From Macrostomum lignano (Eukaryota), in contig NIVC01000530.1 in assembly GCA_002269645.1 (NCBI GenBank), forward strand, positions 434,001 through 498,000: a stretch of 64,000 nt of DNA. The letters are read 5' to 3'. Position 1 is the first letter of the stretch. Each line of letters starts with the position of its first letter. Position numbers and translations under genes: made by a program. Of this stretch, positions 1 through 11,923 are shown in pieces. The notes beneath the pieces were generated by a model. The model saw nothing but the letters and a program-made list of their open reading frames with translations. It searched no databases and had not been told where the DNA came from.

Positions 1-39
1 AAAATCCTCATACTTAAATCCCATCTTTTGTCCCCCTTC

Positions 40-635
40 CTCAGCATTTCAAATCTCCGCCCTAAAGCATCCCAAGTTTCCAATTTTAGCATCGCAAATC
101 TCCATCCTCAGCATCCCAAGTCATTATCCTCCGCGTCCCGAATCCTCATCCTCAGCAGCCCGAATCACCATAACCTGAACATACTAAATTCCCATCCTCA
201 GCATTCCAAATCCCCATATCCTCAGCATCCCAAATCCCCATATCCTCAGCATCTCAAATCCCCATATCCTCAGCATCCCGAATCACCATAACCTGAACAT
301 ACTAAATTCCCATCCTCAGCATTCCAAATCCCCATATCCTCAGCATCCCAAATCCCCATATCCTCAGCATCCCAAATCCCCATATCCTCAGCATCCGAAA
401 TCCCCATATCCTCAGCATCCCAAATCCTCATATCCTCAGCATCCCAAATCCCCATATACTCAGCATCCCAAATCTCCATATCCTCAGCATCCCAAATCCC
501 CATATCCTCAGCATTCCAAATCCCCATATCCTCAGCATCCGAAATCCCCATATCCTCAGCATCCCAAATCCTCATATCCTCTGCATCCCAAATCCCCATA
601 TCCTCAGCATCCGAAATCCCCATTGTCAGCATCCC
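40..635. repeat. 24-bp minisatellite in EXOC5 intron
   Basis: (CCTCAGCATCCCAAATCCCCATAT)n. Confidence 0.95.
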
Positions 636-681
636 AAATTCCATCCCATCTCCAATCCAACCCTCCATCTCCGCCACCCAC

Positions 682-3600
682 CTGTACAGCCGGATCCCCA
701 GCTCATCCCGGAACAGCTGCCCATTCTTGCCGTCCAGGAAGGCCAGCCGCCCCACCACGTGGCCGCTGATGTAGGCGCAGACCTGGGCGCAGGCGTGCGT
801 AGCGCCACCGCTGATGCTGGCGCCGCCGTCTGAACCGCCGATTGGTGGGCGAAAATCAGCAGCTTTCTGCTCGGAGTTCAACAGGTGCCGGACGTGGCCG
901 ACAATGGCGGCCAGGGTTCGCTCCAGGCCTTGCTGGATTTGAGCTTCCAGACCGCAGCTGATTGCTCGACGACGCTCTTGCACCTTGGGTGGGGGATTTG
1001 AGAAGTGGGAGTCAAGTCTGGACAATGAAATCCCACATGTAAACAGTTGAACCAGATATTTATACAATTTATCTAAAATCAAAGCAGAGATCTACACAAT
1101 CAAATCAGAGATCTACACAATCAAAGCAGAGATCTACAAAATCAAAGCAGAGATCTACACAATCAAAGCAGAGATCTACACAATCAAAGCAGAGATCTAC
1201 ACAATCAAAGCAGAGATCTACACAATCAAAGCAGAGATCTACACAATCAAAGCAGAGATCTACACAATCAAAGCAGAGATCTACACAATCAAAGCAGAGA
1301 TCTACACAATTGATCTACACAATTAAAACGGAGATCTACACACTGATCTACACAATCAAAGCAGAGATCTACGTACACACTGAGCTACACAATCAAAGCA
1401 GAGATCTACACACTGAGCTACACAATCAAAGCAGAGATCTACACACTGAGCTACACAATCAAAGCAGAGATCTACACACTGAGCTACACAATCAAAGCAG
1501 AAATCTACACACTGAGCTACACAATCAAAGCAGAGATCTACACAATTAAAGCAGAGATCTACACAATCAAAGCAGAGATCTACACACTGATCTACACAAT
1601 CAAAGCAGAGATCTACACACTGAGCTACACAATAAAAGCAGAAATCTACACACTGAGCTACACAATCAAAGCAGAGAACTACACAATTAAAGCAGAGATC
1701 TACACAATCAAAGCAGAGATCTACACACTGATCTACACCATCAAAGCAGAGATCTACACACTGAGCTACACAATCAAAGCAGAGATCTACACACTGAGCT
1801 ACACAATAAAAGCAGAAATCTACACACTGAGCTACACAATCAAAGCAGAGAACTACACAATTAAAGCAGAGATCTACACAATCAAAGCAGAGATCTACAC
1901 ACTGATCTAAACAATCAAAGCAGAGATCTACACACTGAGCTACACAATCAAAGCAGAGATCTACACACTGAGCTACACAATCAAAGCAGATATCTACACA
2001 CTGAGCTACACAATCAAAGCAGAGATCTACAAACTGAGCTACACAATCAAAGCAGAGATCTACACACTGAGCTACACAATCAAAGCAGAGATCTACACAC
2101 TGAGCTACACAATCAAAGCAGAGATCTACACACTGAGCTACACAATCAAAGCAGAGATCTACACACTGAGCTACACAATCAAAGCAGAGATCTACACACT
2201 GAGCTACACAATCAAAGCAGAGATCTACACAATTAAAACAGAGATCTACACACTGATCAACACAATCAAAGCAGATATCTACACACTGAGCTACACAATC
2301 AAAGCAGATATCTACACACTGAGCTACACAATCAAAGCAGAGATCTACACACTGAGCTACACAATCAAAGCAGATATCTACACACTGAGCTACACAATCA
2401 AAGCAGATATCTACACACTGAGCTACACAATCAAAGCAGATATCTACACACTGAGCTACACAATCAAAGCAGAGATCTACACAATCAAAGCAGATATCTA
2501 CACACTGAGCTACACAATCAAAGCAGATATCTACACACTGAGCTACACAATCAAAGCAGAGATCTACACACTGAGCTACACAATCAAAGCAGATATCTAC
2601 ACACTGAGCTACACAATCAAAGCAGATATCTACACACTGAGCTACACAATCAAAGCAGATATCTACACACTGAGCTACACAATCAAAGCAGAGATCTACA
2701 CAATCAAAGCAGAGATCTACACACTGAGCTACACAATCAAAGCAGATATCTACACACTGAGCTACACAATCAAAGCAGATATCTACACACTGAGCTACAC
2801 AATCAAAGCAGATATCTACACACTGAGCTACACAATCAAAGCAGAGATCTACACAATCAAAGCAGAGATCTACACACTGAGCTACACAATCAAAGCAGAG
2901 ATCTACACACTGAGCTACACAATCAAAGCAGAGATCTACACACTGAGCTACACAATCAAAGCAGAGATCTACGTACACACTGAGCTACACAAAGCCACAA
3001 GCTGCACCAACCTGAGCAAGCTGTGGCGAAGCGCCACCAGGCGCGGATTTAAGCGCCGGCGCCAAGATCTCGGAGTACTTGCTCTCGCACAGATGAAAAA
3101 TCATATTGGCTTCGCGAACAGCTTCTAAGAAGCTGAGATTCGGCCTCTGAGCAACTTCATCAGTCTGAGGCAGGCCCAGAGCCGCCAAGCGCAGTCCATA
3201 GGTCACGTGCTCATCGTAGATGTACCTAAAGAATATGTCGGCCAGCTCTTTGGCCCGTTGGAAGAACTCGGAGCTCTGCGACAGATGCCTGCAACGCGAG
3301 CAGCTCTGAGACACTTCGGCAACGATGTTAGCGACTGACAGGCCGCAGAGCAGAACCCGGCCGGCGCCCTGCTCTTCGGACACGCCGGAGAAAATGTGCT
3401 GCAACAGGTTGTGCGGCCCCACCTGCTGCTGTTGCAGCACCTGCATTTGTGTGCGCAATAAAAAAATAATTAAAAATTCTGAACTCACTACTATAAGTAT
3501 ATCAGACATTTGGCTTGAGAATATCCCAGGATACGATGAGAGATAATGAGAGAATTATGAGAGATGATAAAATAATAAGAGATGATGAGATGAGATAATC

Positions 3601-6600
3601 GTGAGATAGATAATAAGATAAGAGAATCGCGAGAGAGATTATGAGATGAGAAAATCGTGAGAGAGATGAGAGAAGATGAAAAAATCGCGAGATGTTGAGG
3701 GAATCGCGAAAGATTCTGACAGATAAAAAAATCGAGAGATGATGGAGAGAATCGAGAGAGAGAGAGAGATGATGAGAGAATCGAGAGAGAGATGATGAGA
3801 GAATCGAGAGAGAGATGATGAGAGAATCGAGAGAGAGATGATGAGAGAATCGAGAGAGAGATGATGAGAGAATCGAGAGAGAGATGATGAGAGAATCGAG
3901 AGAGAGATGATGAGAGAATCGAGAGAGAGATGATGGAGAGAATCGAGAGAGAGATGATGAGAGAATCGAGAGAGAGATGATGAGAGAATCGAGAGAGAGA
4001 TGATGAGAGAATCGAGAGAGAGATGATGAGAGAATCTAGAGAGAGATGATGAGAGAATCGAAGAGATGATGAGAGAATCGAGAGAGATGATGAGAAAACC
4101 GGGAGAGATGATGAGAGAATCGAGAATGATGAGAGAATCGAAGAGATGATGAGAGAATCGAAGAGATGATGAGAGAATCGAGAATGATGAGAGAATCGAG
4201 AGAGATGATGAGAAAACCGGGAGAGATGATGAGAGAATCGCAGAGATGATAAGATACTATCAGTCACAATATACGTCGGTGCCAAAAACAACAGAACACT
4301 CGCCTCCTTCCGTCGCACATGCCCCTGCTCCTCGTAATACCTATCGAGCACCATCTGGCACCGTTCGTTAAGATTCTCCCGTTCCACTTGGAAGTAGCCG
4401 GACAGGTAAGGCAGGAACAGGGTGTGGCTCAGCTTGGCGAGGTCCACCCCCAGATGCAATTCGGCCAGGTCGTCGCAGGCTCGCCGATTCTCTTGATGGA
4501 CAGACTCGAGCACTTTCAAATAGGCCGTCCGATCGTTGGGATCTACTTGACGAAATCGGTTAGCAACTAGATCTTTGAGGCGTTTGGAGAATATAGCCTG
4601 TTATAATTGAGGTAGGGAGAGAAATTGCTGCTGCGGTGAGGTTCAAGTAATCGTTTATTCAGGTAGCAACTAATTACACTTCAGGTAGCAACTGATTGCA
4701 CTTCAGGTAGCAACTAATTACACTTCAGGTAGCAACTAAATATACTTCAGATAGCAACTAATTACACTTCAGGTAGCAACTAATTACACTTCAGGTAGCA
4801 ACTAATTACACTTCAGGTAGCAACTATTTACACTTCAGGTAGTAACTAACTACAATTCAGATAGCAACTAATTACACTTCAGATAGCAACTAATTACACT
4901 TCAGGTAGCAACTAATTACACTTCAGGTAGCAACTAATTACACTTCAGGTAGCAACTATTTACACTTCAGGTAGTAACTAACTACAATTCAGATAGCAAC
5001 TAATTACACTTCAGATAGCAACTAATTACACTTCAGATAGCAACTAATTACACTTCAGGTAGCAACTAATTACACTTCAGATAGCAACTAATTACACTTC
5101 AGGTAGCAACTAATTACACTCCAGATAGCAACTAATTACACTTCAGGTAGCAACTAATTACACTTCAGATAGCAACTAATTACACTTCAGGTAGCAACTT
5201 ATTACACTTGACTAATTACACTAATCATCTTGATAACCCACCTGAATAAAATCGCACATAACAGGTTCCGGACTAGCAAAGATCAACCGCGCCGATTCCA
5301 TCGTCCGGCTAACGCACTGCTTCAATTCTCTGTGCACATCCGAGTCCAAATATGGCAAAGTTTTCAAACTTTCGGTCACGAATCGTTCGGTGCATCTTGA
5401 ATAGGCTTTGAAGCTGGCAAGAATGACGGATAGGCGATGGCAGTAGTTGTAGTCTTTGCTCAGAAATGCCGACTCAAATTCTTTGTAGAGAAACTCGTCT
5501 ACTTTCTTGTATTGCTCTGCAATTTGCGAGGGAGGTTGTGGTAGTAGACTTGCATATTTTAGATCATGCTGATGATGTCAGGTGATGCTAATGATGTCAG
5601 ATCATACTGATGATGTCAGGTGATGCTGATGATGTCAGGTGATGCTGATGATGTCAGGTGATGCTAATGATGTCAGATCATACTGATGATGTCAGGTGAT
5701 GCTGATGATGTCAGGTGATGCTGATGATGTCAGGTGATGCTGATGATGTCAGGTGATGCTAATGATGTCAGATCATACTGATGATGTCAGGTGATGCTGA
5801 TGATGTCAGGTGATGCTGATGATGTCAGGTGATGCTAATGATGTCAGATCATACTGATGATGTCAGGTGATGCTGATGATGTCAGGTGATGCTGATGATG
5901 TCAGGTGATGCTGATGATGTCAGGTGATGCTGATGATGTCAGGTGATGCTGATGATGTCAGGTGATGCTGATGATGTCAGGTGATGCTGATGATGTCAGG
6001 TGATGCTGATGATGTCAGGTGATGCTGATGATGTCAGGTGATGCTGATGATGTCAGGTGATGCTGATGATGTCAGGTGATGCTGATGATGTCAGGTGATG
6101 CTGATGATGTCAGGTGATGCTGATGATGTCAGGTGATGCTGATGATGTCAGGTGATGCTGATGATGTCAGGTGATGCTGATGATGTCAGGTGATGCTGAT
6201 GATGTCAGGTGATGCTGATGATGTCAGGTGATGCTGATGATGTCAGGTGATGCTGATGATGTCAGGTGATGCTGATGATGTCAGGTGATGCTGATGATGT
6301 CAGGTGATGCTGATGATGTCAGGTGATGCTGATGATGTCAGGTGATGCTGATGATGTCAGGTGATGCTGATGATGTCAGGTGATGCTGATGATGTCAGGT
6401 GATGCTGATGATGTCAGGTGATGCTGATGATGTCAGGTGATGCTGATGATGTCAGGTGATGCTGATGATGTCAGGTGATGCTGATGATGTCAGGTGATGC
6501 TGATGATGTCAGGTGATGCTGATGATGTCAGGTGATGCTGATGATGTCAGGTGATGCTGATGATGTCAGGTGATGCTGATGATGTCAGGTGATGCTGATG

Positions 6601-9600
6601 ATGTCAGGTGATGCTGATGATGTCAGGTGATGCTGATGATGTCAGGTGATGCTGATGATGTCAGATCATACTGATGATGTCAGGTGATGCTGATGATGTC
6701 AGGTGATGCTGATGATGTCAGGTGATGCTGATGATGTCAGGTGATACTGATGATGTCAGGTCATACTTATGATGTCAGGTCATACTTATGATGTCAAACG
6801 ATACAGAATGGTAGATGATAAAATTGAGTGCAAATGTGGCAACAAAAAAATATCCTACCAATAATTCGCTGCTTAGTCTTGAGGAATTCGTCAGTGTCAG
6901 GAAACTCTGAGCAGATCTGGTACAGCTTCTGAATGGTGGCCGCGGTCTCAGCAAGCTGGAACAGAGTGCATGTGGCTTGATTTAAAAATTTAGGGGCCGA
7001 CGCATACAGAAGCCTATTCAGATAGCTGTGTACTAACCGCGGCCAACTCTGCTTAACTTTCAGGCATTATTGACGAGGTCACAACCTATAGAATAGAACC
7101 TATATAGCATCCACTGCAGAATCAGTGGGGGGGGGGTAAAGGGTTTAATGCGGCATTACCCGAAGAATGGGGGTTCAATGCGGCATCCCCTGAAGAATGG
7201 GGGGTCAATGCGGCATCCCCTGAAGAATGGGGGGGGGTCAATGCGGCATCCCCTGAAGAATGGGGGTCAATGCGGCATCCCCTGAAGAATGGGGGGTCAA
7301 TGCGGCATCCCCTGAAGAATGGGGGGTCAATGCGGCATCCCCTGAAGAATGGAGGGTCAATGCGGCATCCCCTGAAGAATGGGGGGGTCAATGCGGCATC
7401 CCCTGAAGAATGGAGGGTCAATGCGGCATCCCCTGAAGAATGGGGGGGTCAATGCGGCATCCCCTGAAGAATGGGGGGGGGTCAATGCGGCATCCCCTGA
7501 AGAATGGGGGGTCAATGCGGCATCCCCTGAAGAATGGGGGGGGGGTCAATGCGGCATTCCCTGAAGAATGGGGGGTCAATGCGGCATCCCCTGAAGAATG
7601 GGGGGTCAATGCGGCATCCCTTGAAGAATGGGGGGTCAATGCGGCATCCCCTGAAGAATGGGGGGGGGGGTCAATGCGGCATCCCTTGAAGAATGGGGAG
7701 TCAATGTGGCATCCCCTGAAGAATGGGGGGGGGGTCAATGCGGCATCCCCTGAAGAATGGGGGGGTCAATGCGGCATCCCCTGAAGAATGGGGGGTCAAT
7801 GCGGCATCCCTTGAAGAATGGGGGGTCAATGCGGCATCCCCTGAAGAATGGGGGGGTCAATGCGGCATCCCCTGAAGAATGGGGGGTCAATGCGGCATCC
7901 CTTGAAGAATGGGGGGGTCAATGCGGAATCCCTTGAAGAATGGGGGGTCAATGCGGCATCCCTTGAAGAATGGGGGGTCAATGCGGCATCCCCTGAAGAA
8001 TGGGGGGGGGTCAATGCGGCATCCCTTGAAGAATGGGGGTCAATGCGGCATCCCTTGAAGAATGGGGGGTCAATGCGGCATCCCCTGAAGAATGGGGGGG
8101 TCAATGCGGCATCCCTTGAAGAATGGGGGGTCAATGCGGCATTCCCTGAAGAATGGGGCTGGTTCAATGCGGCATCCCCTGAAGAATGGGGGGTCAATGC
8201 GGCATCCCCTGAAGAATGGGGGGGTCAATGCGGCATTCCCTGAAGAATGGGGCTGGTTCAATGCGGCATCCCCTGAAGAATGGGGGGTCAATGCGGCATC
8301 CCCTGAAGAATGGGGCTGGTTCAATGCGGCATCCCCTGAAGAATGGGGCTGGTTCAATGCGGCATCCCCTGAAGAATGGGGGTCAATGCGGCATCCCCTG
8401 AAGAATGGGGGGGTCAATGCGGCATCCCCTGAAGAATGGGGGGGTCAATGTGGCATCCCCTGAAGAATGGGGGGGTCAATGCGGCATCCCCTGAAGAATG
8501 GGGGGGTCAATGCGGCATCCCCTGAAGAATGGGGGGTCAATGCGGCATCCCCTGAAGAATGGGGGGTCAATGCGGCATCCCCTGAAGAATTAATGGGGGG
8601 TCAATGCGGCGTCCCCTGAAGAATGGGGAGTCAATGTGGCATCCCCTGAAGAATGAGGGGTCAATGCGGCATCCCCTGAAGAATGAGGGTTCAATGCGGC
8701 ATCCCCTGAAGATTCATACTAACTACGGGTATTTCAAATGAATATTTCACCTTGGGCGAGCCATGCGTCAACTCGAACGAAGTGCGCGACTCCAAGCAGA
8801 ACTCGTGCAGGTGCCTCACTAGCAGCTCCATCTCGGCTAGCCGCTCTCTTGGCCCGTTGGCCGACTCGAGCTGGTCGCCAAGGTGACCGGCCTTGTGCGA
8901 CACGGCGGTGATTCTGCGATCCAGCTGATCGAAGTGATCGCGCACCTGTTTTGGGTTAATTGGTGAACTTATTAGATGGTTTAACCTGAACTCATTAGGT
9001 AGTTTAACCTGAACTCATTAGGTAGTGTAACCTAAACTCATTAGACAGTTTAACCTAAACTCATTAGGTAGTGTAACCTAAACTCATTAGATAGTTTAAC
9101 CTAAACTCATTAGGTAGTGTAACCTAAACTCATTAGACAGTTTAACCTAAACTCATTAGGTAGTGTAACCTAAACTCATTAGACAGTTTAACCTAAACTC
9201 ATTAGGTAGTTTAACCTAAACTCATTAGGTAGTTTAACCTAAACTCATTAGGTAGTGTAACCTAAACTCATTAGATAGTTTAACCTAAACTCATTAGGTA
9301 GTGTAACCTAAACTCATTAGACAGTTTAACCTAAACTCATTAGGTAGTTTAACCTAAACTCATTAGGTAGTTTAACCTAAACTCATTCGATGGCTAACCT
9401 AAGCTAAGCTAATTAGATTGGTTGACCTAAATTCATTAGTTGGTTAACCTAAACTTATTTAGATGATTATTATAACACCAATGTCAATATATGAATTTTA
9501 TCCTATGATTCCAAACTAAACTAATTCTACAGTGTCCACTAACCCAGACGAGGCTGCAGTTATCAACAATCTCACCTGCTCAAACGTGGCATAGATACTA

Positions 9601-9821
9601 GCCACTTCGTCTCTGCATCGAGTCTCCTCAGTTTTGGCCCGCTCAATCAGCCTGCTCTGGTCCTGATGCAGAGCCGCTCTCAGCTCGTCTAGCTGGGCTA
9701 CAACGCGCTCAAAACAGGCGGTGAGTCTGTCTGGATCGAATGCTCCGGGTTTCTGGCGAGCTGGATTTTCTCTGAGCTCCTTCAAAGCTTGGGTGTCAAC
9801 AAAGTGTAGACAGTCGAAGTC
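682..9821 (-). CDS. EXOC5: Exocyst complex component 5 (Sec10), multi-exon; 5' exon not located, 3' end beyond window start
   Basis: Exons inferred from splice signals and frame: 9576-9821, 8751-8945, 6859-6955, 5242-5516, 4304-4597, 3012-3440, 682-983. Peptides AFDPDRL, HLGDQLESANGPRER, ANMIFHL, EQKAADFRP and LDGKN..ELGIRLYR match the EXOC5 family in collinear order. Exon phases join without frameshift. Confidence 0.92.
1078..2990. repeat. Composite 21/33-bp minisatellite in EXOC5 intron
   Basis: (AATCAAAGCAGAGATCTACAC +/- ACTGAGCTACAC)n. Confidence 0.95.
3540..4245. repeat. Purine-rich ~21-bp minisatellite in EXOC5 intron
   Basis: (GAGAGAGATGATGAGAGAATC)n. Confidence 0.9.
4661..5215. repeat. 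22-bp minisatellite in EXOC5 intron
   Basis: (CAGGTAGCAACTAATTACACTT)n. Confidence 0.95.
5560..6795. repeat. 19-bp minisatellite in EXOC5 intron, highly homogeneous
   Basis: (GATGATGTCAGGTGATGCT)n. Confidence 0.95.
7140..8712. repeat. ~30-bp minisatellite with variable G-run in EXOC5 intron
   Basis: (CAATGCGGCATCCCCTGAAGAATG[G]nT)n. Confidence 0.95.
8980..9440. repeat. 23-bp minisatellite in EXOC5 intron
   Basis: (AACCTAAACTCATTAGGTAGTTT)n. Confidence 0.9.
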
Positions 9822-11923
9822 CTTTAATTAGTTGTAGGAATTGTGCAGTCGGTTAATTAATCAGATAGGGCAGGGGTTTGAAACCTTCTGTACTCAGTAG
9901 CTAATATAACAAAATAAATTGACAAAAATAGCTTTTCCTTCTGTGTATATACACTGTAAAGAGAGAGGTAAGGAGATAGGAAAGGGGGAGAGAGAAGAGG
10001 AAAGAGAAGAGGAGAGGAGATGGAAAGGGGAGAGGAGAAAGGAGACGACACGAGATGGACAAAAGAAGAGGGCAAAGCAACAAGCAAGTGATAAATTTAC
10101 ATGCTTCGAAAAAAATTAGGTGCTCATACAGCAACTTCAACTACAAGTTTATGATAAATAGTTGAAGACAGATAGGGAGGCCAGATATTGCCAACATGTG
10201 AGGTAGGGATATTATTATGAATCATTACTTTAATAAAAAATTAATTTATTTAATGGATTATTACCTCAATTGTAAGCTCATCTTGAAGTTTAGTTAGTCC
10301 ATCCATTGTAAAAAGTTTTGTTGGCAAAATTCATGAATAAAATTTAGATGAACTATTTTATAAAGCTTTCTATATATATAGTTTATAGAATATGCTATGG
10401 TCATAGCAACTTCTCTGTAAAAACATATTTGCAAACCATATAAAAATATTAACATACTAAAGTCAACTTTTCATTTAAAAGAATTTAAATTATAGCTTCA
10501 ATTCAAGCTTAAGGTCTTATTTATAAAAGACAAAGAAGTACATATAACATAAAATTTTTAGAATATAAAATTTTTATAAGCTGTGCCTAATATAGTTTTA
10601 GATGAAAAAAAAATTTGTTAATATATATTAGGCTTTTTGGGCTTAAATGCAATATCACTAAGTGGTTATTATCTTATTCTTAGCAACTATAAACATATAA
10701 TAAAAATATTTATTCTGTAAAAATATTTATTTTATAAAAAATTGATATTAGCTACATACCTTGACTATATTATAAATATAAAGTTTTAGACTTAGCAATA
10801 GTATGTATTTGTTTATTGATAAAAATATTTTTATATAAAATAATAGGGGGCCTATAAAAATCATTATTAATTAAGGAACTAATATTTCAATTTGCTTAAA
10901 CATATTTATAAAACATAGGCCTAGAGGTATTGTGCAAATAAAAAATGTACCAATTTTGTTTTGAAAAAAGATATGATTTAGTTTCGCAATTTATTTAACA
11001 ACAAAAATATTTTTTTATTATTTAGACTAATAGTAATACTATTTATAATATTTAAACAAATATATATTTGTTTATTTGTCTTCTATATTATACTTTTTAA
11101 TGAAGAAAGACTTGTTTAGAATGGACCTATAAAAGGAAATTATATAGCCATATGGGTATTCCTATAGATGCTATACTGTTATCTATTTTGTAGCCTTAGA
11201 AACATAATTCAATTAGATTGGGCCTAAATGCTAAAATACTATACTAAATAATATGTTTAGTAACTTTAAGTTTAGGAATTTTGTTAAAATTTGTCAAATT
11301 AAAGTTTTAATCAGTCCCTATTTCTATGAGTTCATAATGATGAGAAAACATGTCTACAACAATGAGTATGAATCATGATTGATTAGGTGATCACTGATTA
11401 TTAGGCCTTCTTGTTTCCTTTCCTAATCTCTGCCTTCCTCAGGTTAGCTTGCATATCTCATTATTTTTACAGTAAATACCATAGGTTGAATGCCTTTGTC
11501 GTGGTATGCTATATATATTATAATATATATATTTTTTGCATAAGCTTTATGCTCAGGCAAAAACACTTTGTTCATTGGCCAACCTAGCCAGAACTGTATA
11601 TTTTCAATTGCTTCGTAGAAAGTGCAAAAAGTTGAAAAGTTGGAAATATTTACTAATGTCCCCAAAAAATATTTAATTTAATTTTGACAAAGAAATTATA
11701 TCATGGAAAAATTTTATTCAACGCTTTTGTATTCTAAAGGATACTAATTTTTAAGAATTTTTTCTTTTCTTTTTGTTATACTCAGTTTGCGCGATAAAGC
11801 ATGCAGACTTTAATTAAATTGTATAAATCCAATTATAGTGTTCACCTAAAATACAACGGTCAGAAAAAGATACAATTACTTAATACTAAACTCGAACATA
11901 GTCCCTAGGATTTTAAATACCAA

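Noticed and set aside
1356-2978. 540-aa Cys-rich ORF (metallothionein-like appearance)
   Set aside because: Translation of an intronic 21/33-bp minisatellite with no unique sequence.
7122-8463. Cluster of short repeat ORFs (also those at 23.4-25.1, 26.7-28.5, 32.1-33.0 and 38.5-39.5 kb)
   Set aside because: All are minisatellite translations.
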